DNA from: Gordius albopunctatus
Lineage: Eukaryota
NCBI GenBank assembly: GCA_964276515.1
Contig: OZ193909.1
Location: 310,001 to 374,000, forward strand
DNA: 64,000 nt
Reading direction: 5' to 3'
Shown: piece by piece, positions 13,701-35,479 of the stretch
Layout: every line of letters begins with the position of its first letter
How positions within the stretch are numbered: position 1 is the first letter of the stretch
Program-made: the position numbers and the translations under genes
Notes under the pieces: generated by a model
What the model was told of the DNA's origin: nothing
Databases searched by the model: none
The model's input: only the letters and a program-made list of their open reading frames with translations

Positions 13701-15336
13701 GCCCGCACTAGTGTCTTGAAAACAGTTGGGGGTTTTGTATGGTTCACCTACTAAGACTAAGGGTGCACTCTGGTCTCTTTTTCAAATTTGGACCAAGCCT
13801 AGAGGTCTGTCAAGAAAAACAGACACCAAAAGAGCTTTAGCCTCTTTTTTATTTTTAGTCTACTCCAACCCCCAAAGTCTTCAAATCGAAACTCAGCCGT
13901 TTTCACAAAAGTACTCCGCGTCCGCACTACTATTTTATGATTTTGAGATTTATCACTTAATATCCCTTTTCTAGCTTTGCACGTAATATTTTTTACTCTC
14001 CGCTTAGGAGCTGCTTGCTTTATTACTTTGTTTAGGTTAATACGAATTGACAACTATAATAACATGTCGCGCGCGAGATATAGAGTGTGTCGTGTGGTGG
14101 GAGCCGGGGGGAGATAACAGATAAATGCTCCTCCTTATATTTTTACGTAATATTAAATTTTTTGTTCTTTCAGGCAATATAAATATTTCTCAGATTATGG
14201 CTTGTCTACTAAATATATATTATAGAATGTCTTCTCGCCCCCTTCTCCGTCCCCCCCCCCCCCCATTCGATTCATTACCTAGATTATGGTATTAAAATTT
14301 GCCCGAGGTATTTAATGTCGAGGACTGTAGTGTAAGTAATAGACCTCGATGGGAATGATTGCATTGCATAAAGAGGAATAAAGTAGTATAATTTTAGTGA
14401 ACTCTATGTGGAGGTTTAAAATAATGAAAATTAATATGTTTAGCTACATACCTTCTTTTAACCCATTTAAAATTTTTGAATCAAACGGTATTTCTAACCC
14501 GAAGGCTTTACCACCTTACAATTTTAGTTGGTGATCGGAGCCACTAGCTTTTTGGTACCGGCCGTGCCGGGGGGATTGAGAAAATTGTACTTGCCATTTC
14601 ACACTTACTTCGGAGCTGCACTTTATGTCATGTCCGTCCTGAGTTGTTTGTTGGGAATCACGGAAATTGCCATTTTTGCCATGTAAATAATGGTTTATTA
14701 TTCATTTCCTTTTAATTCCCACGACTTATTCCTTCACGCATCTGAGTCAATTACGTATGGCCGTAGAGCAGATAGATTGCTCATTAACTTTAAATGAGTG
14801 TACCGTTTTTCCGCCATTTTGAAATGTAAGAGAAGGTCATATAGATAATAGTAATTTTGGTTTAATAAATTGTTTTTAAAACGTAATGAAAAAATATTAA
14901 ATTGTAAAATGAAAAAAAACAGTTTAAAACTAATGTTTGTAACCTCTTGTAGGAGGGTAATATTTATTCTGCCTATATAATGTATTTGAAATCTCTTTTA
15001 TAAGATTTATTTTTCTTTATAAATTAAGGGACAAAAAAGGTATTATGGCGATGGGTTTCCTTGTAGATCTTCCGTTAGTATTCACTCAAACACGCGCCAA
15101 ATGATTTAACGTTCAGTTGTTATATCTATAGTTTTATTAATTTTTACAGCAAATCGCCCGGATACTCCGAGAAACCACCGCAAGGGATGCTATTGAATTT
15201 TTTGGGTATAATCTTAGCGATCCTGGGCACCTTGGTCCCATTCCTGCTCATCAAAGAAAGTTATCGCCGAAGACCTAAACCCGAAGAGCAAAATATACAG
15301 TTGAGTAACTCTAGCAATTCTGCCCTAAACGATTAA
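10719..15336 (+). CDS. Cytochrome b561 family ascorbate-dependent transmembrane reductase; join(10719..10721,10756..10833,10871..11015,13338..13546,14528..14682,15150..15336)
   Basis: GT-AG introns give a continuous frame with the four heme-ligand His motifs FNYHPLFM, KWLHG, MYSLHSWIG and YLPFHTYFG. Stop TAA at 15334-15336. The CYB561/CYBRD1/CYB561A3 subtype is not resolved. Confidence 0.92.
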
Positions 15337-15980
15337 TTAAAACCAGCCCCTTTCCACTTTTACATTAAATTTTAACAATTTTTACTGAGCTCCTCGCCTC
15401 TTTTGTCCAATAATGTCTCGAGTTTTTACATTTCACGCACATTTCTGTTTTAACCTTTTTGCCAACCCTTTTAGATCTCTCTTCGTATTTTTTGTCTTGG
15501 GAGTTTTGAGGGAAAAATACGAGTTTAATTCCTGGCTATAGCTTTGTAATAACCATCGTGTAAAGTATTAATTGCTATTTTTTACTTGTTTTACATTTTT
15601 CTGCCCCCTTTTCCTATTTATACATGGTAGTAGAGGTGTTTGATATTGTATTATTTTAAGTGTCAAAATATATATTATGAAAAAGTCTACCTCGCCTATA
15701 AGAAGATTAGCGAAATTTCAAATTGTGTAAAAGATAAATTATATTTTACACAATCTTCCGCCGCCCCGTTCACTGCTATACACGCACGCACAGGTACAGT
15801 CCGCTTGCCACTGAAGAATAAAAGCCATTCACGCACCCCACCTTCTTAATTTCTGGTGCTTTCATAAATTTATTATTCGTACGTCTCGTCCCTGTGTCTT
15901 CTTAACATTTTTATCGGCTAATATAATATCATTATTATTGCCTAGCTTCACGATTCTTTTATGTTGTAGTATACGGAAAG

Positions 15981-16062
15981 TAGTGTTGTAAAAAGGGCTG
16001 GCCTTTCTTTGGCCCACCTTTAGGCTAAATCGAAATTTAATTCAGCCCTTTTTACAACTCTA
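15981..16062. mobile_element. 82-bp hAT-like MITE
   Basis: 20-bp TIRs match at 19/20 (tagtgttgtaaaaagggctg). 8-bp flanks acggaaag/atggaaag match at 7/8. Confidence 0.7.
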
Positions 16063-17339
16063 ATGGAAAGGCATGTCATCGAAAAGGTAAAGGCGCCCGC
16101 GATTCACACTTTTTCCCCCAAATTTTAATCGCATTTTGTTTTTGGTTCCACACGGATTTTAAAGATGTAGAAATCTTTTTTGTTGCGTGTTTCCTTAATT
16201 TTTTTTTGTTGAAATCGCATCCTTTTAAGTAGTGCAGAAATTATAGGTCGCATTAGAGACAAACTTACATTTTATATGCCAGTACTGAATTCAATACAAT
16301 TGTAAATGGATAAAACTTATTTAAAATTATGATCCAGGGTCAGCCTTCAATTACATTAACAACTATCCATATATTTGATATCTTCTTTTTGTGTAATCAT
16401 TCTTAGGGTAACACTCGAATCAAAAGACTTCCGATCATGCGAGCAAATACTATATTTGGGGATATCTTATAGAGCTTTTATCACCTCTACTAAATAGTTG
16501 AAATATATTAATTTTATCAATAGTTTTTTAATGAATGAAAAGGAAAGTGATAATGTGTATTCCTATTCCAGCATAACAACAATAATGAAGGCTTTCTAAC
16601 GCACAGCTGTTTTTATTCTTCGATGGTAATTAATCGTATAGTATACAAAAGAGGCGATAGATGGGCATAAAAATAGACATTAAATAGGATAGGATATAGA
16701 ATAGAATATATACAAATGGCAAGTGGGAGTGAGTACCACAGCTTTGCAATTAAATCTCCAATAAGATCTTTGCCACTTTACTCGTGATGTTTTTATATCT
16801 GCCAATTCTTTAATTCTAAATCTCGGTCATATTCATAGTTGTTCCTATCTCGATGCACCGCCGAAAAACAACTTTTTCCACTCAACGAACCATTCTCAAA
16901 TTCGTCTTTCGGGCATATAGGTTGCTTGGATTTTTGAGATGAGTAGGGGGAAAGGAATTATTTATTATGCAGGTGGCCATGGGGAAAAACTAAAAAAATG
17001 AGCGAATGTAAGAAGGAAGGTGATGAAATAGTTAGCTTATGGTGATAGCAAGAGGTCCGAGAAAAGGGTAAAATATAATCTTACTACCAACCTGGCAAGG
17101 GTATAGGCCTCATTTATTAGAGTAATTTCTGAAATTTTAGCCATTTTGCGTCAATAATTTTTTTGTTGCGTTATTTACTCAAATTTTGGTGCATTTTGTT
17201 CCTAAAAAAATCCTCTATCGAAATAATTTAACCCAAAACCGAAAGCAAGAAAACGAAAGAAAAGGGGCATTGAATTCATTTTTCTTTGACAAAAAAGAGA
17301 CTTTTTCACTAAGAATGTTGGCGACGTGCTTCGTTTAAT

Positions 17340-19090
17340 TGTTTTTAGTGCGGGCATCCATGCCCGTTAACAAACGCTATGAGATAATTAATTGCTATGC
17401 AATTTATGGGCTCGTTTTTTGTTGTCCGTCGTCCTTCCGTCGTCCACCAAGTTATTTACACCAGCTTCCCGACTTGCAGGTTGGGGATCGAGACCCGGAG
17501 AGGACAAAAAATTTTTATTTTTTTTTAAATTAAATTAATATTTTGTTCTTGTTAATGTCATGGATAATATGACTTTTTGACCGTCTGCAGGCTACTGACC
17601 AATGAAAAAAATGACCACTGGCCAAATAAATCGAAATTTTTAATTTTTCGTTTTTGAATAGTTTAACATTGATAATTACCCTATGCCCTCCCCTACAAGG
17701 GCCTATGCCTCTATTGATATGGTTCCCTGTTCCCCTCCAAAGGCTTATGCCTCTATTTAATGTGGGTTTGAATCCCGGCGAACATTCTAAATTGCTGGTT
17801 CGAGACCCGGAGAGGACAAAAATTTTTTTTTTAAATTAAATTATAATATTTATTGTTCTTGTTAATACCATTGATACTATGACTTTTTGACCTTCCGCTG
17901 CCTACTTACCAATGAAAAAAATGACCATTGGCCAAATTGTGATCGAAATTTCTTTTTCTTTTAACTCGTATGTATTTATAGACCGTCTCTTGATACTGAC
18001 CAATAAAAAAATGAGGCCATATTGTTTTTAAGTAAAGGCTCAAATTTCAAAATGCTTCTCCCAAAATCATTATAAAATACGGAACCAAATTCTTGAATAT
18101 TTGGTGATCAAAAAACGCCTATTGCTGAAGTGTTTTAAATCAGTGATTCTTAACCTTTTTATACACGCGCCCCCCACCAAATATTTTATAATTTTTTTCA
18201 TATATATGTTAAATTATCTGTCGAGGAGGTTGCAGCCATTACATGCTTGAAAGCATGATTAGGGCTTAATAAATAATATAAAAGTAATATTTGCGCCAAA
18301 CCAAGCTTATTTGGTAGGTGCGAACGATATATACATTTAAGCGTTACATTTGATTAATATTATATTTTTCATTATAGATTTTAGAAATGATATTAATTCA
18401 CTATATTAATGCTTAAAAATAACCTCGGGTCGTAAATTACCGGGCGCCATGTTTATGGCGTACATTAACATTTAATCTCTTTTCATTTTGTTATATAATT
18501 AAACGTTAAACTTATGAAGAAATAATTCTTTAAGTTTCTCATTATTCCTTCTTCCATAGTGCATATTTATTAAGTCAATTAGATTACCATTTTGGGTGAG
18601 GTTTTTCAAAAATAAGGGACAAATTTTTTTTTACTTATTAACAAAAATAATGGCGATGAGGCTCCCAAAAATATTTGTTCCGTTCGTGAAGACCAGGTTT
18701 AAATTGCTACCCTTGGTTCAAAATGTCATAAACAAAGATGTTTTGAACGTTAAACTTTGGCAAGAATCTATGGTAAATCTTGAAGATGTTATTATATTAT
18801 TAACTATTTGAAAAAAATCACGATTGGCCAAATTTGTGATTCGGAATTTTTTTTTTTTAAATTGGTTACCATTGATATTTACCCTATGCCCGTCAGTCCA
18901 ATTATTTTGCATTTAATACCCCTCTATATAGATTCTCCCCCGCCCCTTCCCACCTTTCTCGCCCATAAATTGCATAGCAAATATGCTACTTTTATACCTT
19001 CCCCTACTCCCATTGCCCCCTTCCCCTTACCACGAGGGCCGAAGGCCCGAGTTTTATTTAATGTCTTACATTTCTTGCGCTGGCCTACGA
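17340..19090. mobile_element. Putative non-autonomous Helentron/HINE-like element
   Basis: Perfect 20-bp subterminal inverted repeat (17392-17411 / 18961-18980). Short GC hairpins at both ends (17351-17366, 19036-19048), a GTCC-rich microsatellite (~17425-17447) and internal ~150-bp direct repeats (~17488, ~17800). Confidence 0.45.
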
Positions 19091-19852
19091 CTCTTTTTAC
19101 TACTTATTAGTATTATAATTTATCGTTTAAAAATTGGCCTATTTTTCTCTCTAATTCTTTTTATCAAAGAGTGCAAACTTATTATTCAATTCATAAAATC
19201 GCATTATATTTTTAAAGTCCTGTTACTAAAAAATGACTCTTTATTGTTTTATGAATGCTGGGCAGATATGTCGTCGCGTGTTCATGTTTTTTCACCTTTT
19301 TAAATAAAAGTCATTTGGCCTGCTTAAAACGCTTTTAAAATGTGTGTCACTTATATGATGAATTACATTTTCCCAAGATCTCTCCTATATCTTAAAATTA
19401 TATGTATTCAGGGGCTTGAAGTTTTCTAATAATTGAAGGCGCCCAACGTTTGCTTAGATCGTCTCCTGGTGTGTTGTCCAGTTGTTACTCCTTTACATCG
19501 TGTTTTAACCCCCCTCCCCCAACGCACACACATTCATTCATGCTAGAGCACCCATATTATTTCCACAATAAAACCTAGTGTATATTATATGTATCGTCAT
19601 AGCCCCTCTGTGGTTGTTCGTTGAATATATTCGTATAAAAATTATATCTATCAAAATGACTTTGCAGTATAAATGTGTGTGTAAAGATTTTTAGGACTCT
19701 CGACAGTAACGGAATGCATTTTCATTGTTAGATAACAAAAAAATTAATTGCCCTTGGGTCTAAGCGTTAAAAAATTTTGTAAAAGATTGAGCGTCTTTTC
19801 CTTAAAAAAGTCATTGAACGACGGCAGCTAAGAGATTTTTATCTTGTCGCGA

Positions 19853-28797
<8,945 letters not shown>

Positions 28798-29157
28798 TTG
28801 GTAAGAAATAAAAGCATTAACAATTTAAAATAAAATCTATGGAGCCATAAAGGGCAATAAAATAAATAGATAATATGTGATATTTGAATATAATTTTAAC
28901 TGTGACACTTTTTTATTTAAATAATTGCTATGGGGGAAATTAAAATTTGCATGAAATGTATAATAATATTGTTAATGAAGAAAATGTGGATGTTAAAATA
29001 TTTTTAAAAATAATGGTAAAATAAAAAGCAGCAGGAATTGCATTCGATTTTTTTTCTATTGCTTTTTAAGAGCTTTGATTCTTGATGGGTTTTAACTGAG
29101 ACAGACATACTTTGGGTTGCGGTCAAGCAAGCTCTCGTATGTAGCTGTTTTAAATAA

Positions 29158-29333
29158 GGGTGCCATATCAACTCGCCGAAAACCATCTCGCCGAATTTAA
29201 TGTCCCTCGGTTAAAAAAGTGTCCCCTAATTTGAAATCGTCCCCCATTTAACCAATCACAAAATTAGGGGACCTTTTTTAACCGAGGGACATTTAATTCG
29301 GCGAGATGGTTTTCGGCAAGTTGACGGACCATC
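29158..29333. mobile_element. Near-palindromic MITE (MULE-like)
   Basis: ~75-bp inverted arms (tcaactcgccgaaaaccatctcgccgaat...aggggacc...attcggcgagatggttttcggcaagttga) around a short loop. Confidence 0.7.
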
Positions 29334-30761
29334 TTTAATAAGAACATCTGGTCGTTCTTTATTAAGTATTTAAGCTCTATGTTTATTGTAGAGGTATTAT
29401 CTTTTTGTTGCTTCTTAATACTTTTTCCTCGAGTCGATAGGAATAGCCAAAGATGGGCAGGGAAGGACCGCAGGGCTGGCTACGTCCATGCTCGACTTTC
29501 TATTGTTCTCTAGATATATTATCCTCTGATTATTATTTTGTTCGTAAATTATCCTCGATGACAACATTCTTTCTCTTTCGAATATTTGGCGTGTTCAAAT
29601 ATAGCTGGAATTTTTCCGCGTAGGTAAAGATTCTTCTCAAGCCGCAGTTTATAAAAAATAAACCTAAATTTAATATTGAGGGGGAAATAGTAGTTTGAAG
29701 TATGCTATAGCCGACATATATGCGAATAAAGAACGAAAAGGAACAAAAGATAATAAATAAAACGGTAAAATAAAATTCGTGATGATTATCATCAACTTTG
29801 GGGATAGATAAGTGATTCAGGCTCTTACGTGTTTTGCAGGAGTATATTTTGCAAGCAAAAATCGTGAACTAATTTACTCGAATATCTAAAATGCATTAAA
29901 TAATACAACTAGCTGACCCAGCACTTGTTTTTCTATATACATTATTGCTATAAAATACTTTAGGCGTATGCGAATGTGTTTATGATTGAATATGAATGAA
30001 GCGTTGTGACAATGATGACCTATATAAAGACAATATACTAATTATTTACTTGTTTCATCCTTTATACTTTATTAAATTAACAAATATATTTTTTACATTT
30101 TTTGATAGCTATATATACATCAGATTATGGCAATAAAAAAATGGAAAAAAATAAATGACGGAATAATATAAATTAATCATAAATTTCTATATTAATTATA
30201 CAATATTATTATACGTAATGGCATTAATTTAAAAGATATGTATATTATACAATGTAAGATTTATAAAACCCCCGGACCCCGTAGTCAGCATCGGAATTAG
30301 AGTGGGACAAAAATGATTTAGTAAGGGGCAAAATAATATTTTAATAATAATTTAGCCATACTTTTAAAGAATTTGTGGAGGTTTAGGGGGCAAGATCGAT
30401 TATATAAATAATATTCTATTGCTCGCGCCTTAAGGTCTTTGCCATTTGGATGGGCTTGCATTATCTTAAGAGCGCGGCGATTAAAATATTAAATTCACCG
30501 CCAATAATTCCTGATTCTAGCCTGTTCCTGAAGTCAATTCCCACTGCCACGTATAGCTATCCGTGGGAAAAGCATAATGTATCCAAATTGCTGATACGTT
30601 AATAAATAAATAAAATAGTTTTAAAAAAAGATTACTCCAGTCTTTTTATTTATGAAAGATTATTTACATTGTTGCATTTGGGACTTGGTTCAGGCAGCAC
30701 AGAAAAAGGAGCTAAAACTCGTCACTATCATCACATTTCGTCACGAAAACCATATGAAAAA

Positions 30762-31763
30762 TGATATGGTGAAAGTATATATTTTAGCTATATGTAGGTA
30801 ATTATTTAATAATTTGTAATCATCGATTATATCGTATATATAAATATATATAATTGTTGTAGAACTGAAAGAGTTAATAAAATGAGAACCAAAATTTTGT
30901 ACAGAGGATTAAAGCTAGGTTAATGTATGTTACATTTTTAAAAGCTAATTGATATGGTGTAAGTATATATCTTAGCTATATGTAGGTAATTATTTAATAA
31001 TTTGTAATCATCACCTATATCGTATAGTATATATGTATATAAATATCTATAATCGTTGTAGACTCAAAGAGTTAATAAAATGAGAACCAAAATTTTGTAC
31101 AGAGGATTAAAGCTAGGTTAATGTATGTTACATTTTTAAACCCTAATTGATATGGTGTAAGTATATATCTTAGCTATATGTAGGTAATTATTTAATAATT
31201 TGTAATCATCACCTATATCGTATAGTATATATGTATATAAATATCTATAATCGTAGACTCAAAGAGTTAATAAAATGAGAACCAAAATTTTGTACAGAGG
31301 ATTAAAGCTAGGTTAATGTATGTTACATTTTTAAAAGCTAATTGATATGGTGTAAGTATATATATTAGCTATATGTAGGTAATTATTTAATAATTTGTAA
31401 TCATCACCTATATCGTATAGTATATATGTATATAAATATCTATAATCGTTGTAGACTCAAAGAGTTAATAAAATGAGAACCAAAATTTTGTACAGAGGAT
31501 TAAAGCTAGGTTAATGTATGTTACATTTTTAAAAGCTAATTGATATGGTGTAAGTATATATCTTAGCTATATGTAGGTAATTATTTAATAATTTGTAATC
31601 ATCACCTATATCGTATAGTATATATGTATATAAATATCTATAATTGTTGTAGACTCAAAGAGTTAATAAAATGAGAACCAAAATTTTGTACAGAGGATTA
31701 AAGCTAGGTTAATGTATGTTACATTTTTAAACCCTAATTGATATGGTGAAAGTATATATCTTA
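30762..31763. repeat. Tandem array of five ~198-bp units plus a partial unit
   Basis: gatatggtg recurs at 30763, 30951, 31149, 31344, 31542 and 31740 (periods 188, 198, 195, 198, 198). Units are near-identical. Confidence 0.95.
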
Positions 31764-31921
31764 TTTTAACACATTTAAAGTCTTCAAGTCTACTTCTTAA
31801 CACACCCAATGTTTTAATTAATTCATTTCAAATATTTAGTATGGCTACTTTAGACAAAGGTTTGATTTATTAAAAAACACTAATTTTTAATATATATAAA
31901 TACATTATAATAAGACATATA

Positions 31922-32222
31922 TGTTGTAACGAAACAGCCGGCCGGTAGAACCCTAAGCTCCCGTATACTAGGCTTCAGTATAATACGATTCTAAACCAAG
32001 AGACTAAGTCAAAAGACAGAGACTGTTTTATTAGGTGGATAAGGCTTTATATACACATAGCGAAGGACATATATAAAAGTAGTAATCAAATAAGAGATAA
32101 AGTACGGTGTAAACTAAGGTATATTCAAATGGCTAAGCGTATATTCAAATATCTGTGACCGCTCTCAAGTATAGGAAAAACGCGTGTATTCAAATTGCAA
32201 CCTTGAATGCCGCTACACTACA
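31922..32222 (-). mobile_element. Probable solo LTR (~300 bp)
   Basis: TGT...ACA ends, GC-richer than the flanks, minus-strand TATATAAA followed by AATAAA. Flanks tata/tatt. Confidence 0.5.
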
Positions 32223-32788
32223 TATTTTATTAACTATATTCAAAAAATTTTCTTTTTCTCTTTTTCCAATTGTGAAATTAGTTTGTCCAATAAAACAAAA
32301 AGGTTAGCCAAAGTTGCCATCTATAGGTGAAAAATTTTTTATACAATGACAAAAATAATTCTTACAAAATTTTGGTATTGGATTAAAAATGTATTGATTT
32401 CTTCTGTTTGTCTTTTTAATTCATTTAGATGTATTAAATTTTTCATAGCTAATGGACTAATTTTCATAAAAGATTGACTAATAACTAAATTGATGTTAAA
32501 GATTATAATATAAATGGCAAGGGTTAATATAAATTTAAAATTAAGGTGCATTAATTAAAATACCTTTGAAAGTTCCTTCTGAAATAATGCTTTTTTAAAT
32601 CAATTTCCATTAAAAGATGACAGGTATTTTCAGTCTTACCTTTCCTAATAAGATCATATATAACTTAGATAATAATACCTGAATTTACAATTTATGGGTA
32701 TTAATAAATATAATTTACTTTATGTGTTATTGTAAAATTTGCATTACAATTTTATATTTCTTGCCGACTTCGTAAATTCTAAAAAATA

Positions 32789-34403
32789 CAGCCTTTACCT
32801 CAACTTTTGCACTTCGTATGGATCTCCCGCACACTAGTAGGAGAGAAAAGGGGTAATCAATCATAGTGTCTAACATGTATCGCTCATTCCTTCTCTCCCC
32901 TTCGCATGTAACACACTCCTTCCCCAACCTTCCATGTTATTTTGCAACTCATACACCATATTTCGCACTTTTTTTATAAAATGGTCTTTTTTGTATAAAT
33001 TAGTGATTTTTTTCAAATTTTATCTAGTATAGTTTAAATTAATTAAACTTAAATTTTTTAATGATTATTTTTTTTAATTTAAAGTTTATTCAACCTTAAA
33101 AATGAAATTTTGTCATGTATACATTTATTGTCGAAAAAATAATGTAAAATACAATAAAATATGCATATATAAAACAAAAGAAAATCATGTAAAATTTAAT
33201 AATCAATATTTTTATTATTCAAACACGGGTCAATATATGTTTTTACATGGGAAAAATAGTTTCGACAATCTTCTGAAGTAATCTAACGATTAATGTACTA
33301 TTGTATATGTAAAATGTAAATTAGCTCGGATATAGAATTTTCTACGAAATAAAAGACGGTAATATATGCAAGAGTTTTGCCGTTTTTTAGCCCTCTATCT
33401 TAACATCATATTTATGGATGAAACGGGGTTCAATGTATCGATGAGGGCTATTTATGGAAGGGCAGCTACTAACAAAAGGGCAATAAAGAAGGTTAAAGCC
33501 CTTAAAAGCCGAAATTTAAGCATGTGCTGTGCAATAACAAGGGAAGAATTAATTTATTACAAAATTTTGAACGGTGCCTACAATAGCGCTAAATTTAACG
33601 ACCTTTTAATTGAATTATTTGAATACCTATCGAATAAAAATATTCAAAACTGCATCATCGTAATGGACAATGTTCCATTCCACCATTCCCTGTTAGTAAA
33701 AAATACCTTAGCAGCTTTTGGTGATAAAGCTTTATATTTACCACCATATTCCCCTTTTCTAAATCCTATAGAGGAGGTCTTTAGCAAATTGAAGTTCATC
33801 GTGAGAAAAGGCGAACCTCAAAATGAGAGGGATTTATTAACACTCGTAGAAAATTCTAAATCCGAAGTAATTTACATTTTACATATAGAATAGTACATTA
33901 ATCGTTAGATTACTTCAGAAGATTGTCGAAACTATTTTTCCCATGTAAAAACATATATTGACCCGTGTTTGAATAATAAAAATATTGATTATTAAATTTT
34001 ACATGATTTTCTTTTGTTTTATATATGCATATTTTATTGTATTTTACATTATTTTTTCCACAATAAATTTATACATGACAAAATTTCATTTTTAAGGTTG
34101 AATAAACTTTAAATTAAAAAAAATAATCATTAAAAAAATTTAAGTTTAATTAATTTAAACTATACTAGATAAAATTTGAAAAAAAATCACTAATTTATAC
34201 AAAAAAGACCATTTTATAAAAAAAGTGCGAAATATGGTGTATGAGTTGCAAAATAACATGGAAGGTTGGGGAGGAGTGTGTTACATGGGAAGGGGAGAGA
34301 AGGAACGAGCGATACATGTTAGACGCTATGATTGATTACCCCTTTTCTCTCCTACTAGTGTGCAGGAAATCCATACGAAGTGCAAAAGTTGAGGTAAACG
34401 CTG
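32789..34403 (+). mobile_element. Tc1/IS630-like DD34E element with ~560-bp inverted arms; 5'-truncated transposase
   Basis: TA|CAG...CTG|TA ends. Arms 32789-33347 and 33844-34403. ORF 33366-33893 has DETGFN, VMDN and LPPYSPFLNPIEE, with 34 residues between the second D and E. Confidence 0.92.
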
Positions 34404-35479
34404 TATGAACAGCCTTTATAATAATTCCACTTAGTTTATCTTTGGCTAGAAAGTTTCTAAATTCTTGCACAAATGCCATGTTAAAACAAGCTTAAACGAT
34501 TGGAAAAACAAGTAATCAATAAAATACGAAACGAATTTTGTGCTGCTTTTTGTGACGATTGTGCTGTCTCTACCATGAACATGATCCGTTGCATTTTACA
34601 GTATCCCCGTATGACGTCATGAAGCTGAGTATGAGTGACATTTTATTAAGTGTCAAAACGTTTAAAACAAAAATACTAGATCATCTTATGATTTAGAAGT
34701 TTAAAAAATAGTTTAAAACCTATTCTCACACCTACCAAATATGCACAGAAACTTTTATAAGAATTGGTGTAGCCGTTTCGGAGATTTACTACAAAAACCA
34801 TGAGACGAGAATTTGATATATTAGATTAGATAAATTTTATTTTATATAATGTAACCCTTCTTTTGCACAAGTCCAAAACGCATCAATTTCTGATTTTTAA
34901 GGCATAACACAAGGTATGGGATCGAGTCGAATCAACTCTCAAGTCTTGTTTTAACTTATTAGTTTCAGTAGAACTAAAGGAAAGACAACGTCGTCCACAA
35001 GCTTTTAATCCCCTTTAAGACTCTAAGTCTTATTGATAAATTATCCTTGCTCACCAAAATTTTCTTTAAATATTCCCGCTGTGCTAGTCAAAAGCTCAAA
35101 ATATAATTTGCAAGCTGACATTAAAAAATAAATTTTTCGTTTTTATAAAACTCGTTGGTCAGAATAGATAGTTGATTTTTTCTGCAGTCTTTTCAATTCG
35201 TTACCTTAAAAAGGACTTTGAATGTGGAAATAATACAAAAAATATCACATGGCTCGGCTAATTAATTGTTATCGACCACACATTTCGTATATATTATAAG
35301 AAGTCTGAAATCGCCATCAAATTCAATAATATTTTTATTGCGATTGCGTTTACATAATTTTTAGCTTTTATATTTCACATAAATTGGCATGTATTCCTTT
35401 TGAAAAAATCATTTACAACAACTCATTAGTTAAGTTTGTAAAACGCGTGGCGCAACACACAAAGGTTTCATTATAATTA

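Noticed and set aside
16720..16930. Minus-strand LINE C-terminal remnant
   Set aside because: The similarity is too weak to support without a search.
30762..31763. CRISPR-like or coding (66-codon) repeat
   Set aside because: There are no unique spacers, the frames examined contain stops, and the context is eukaryotic.
32339..32551. 70-aa ORF as a signal-peptide protein
   Set aside because: The hydrophobic part is AT-rich and bracketed by GT/AG, so it is probably intronic.
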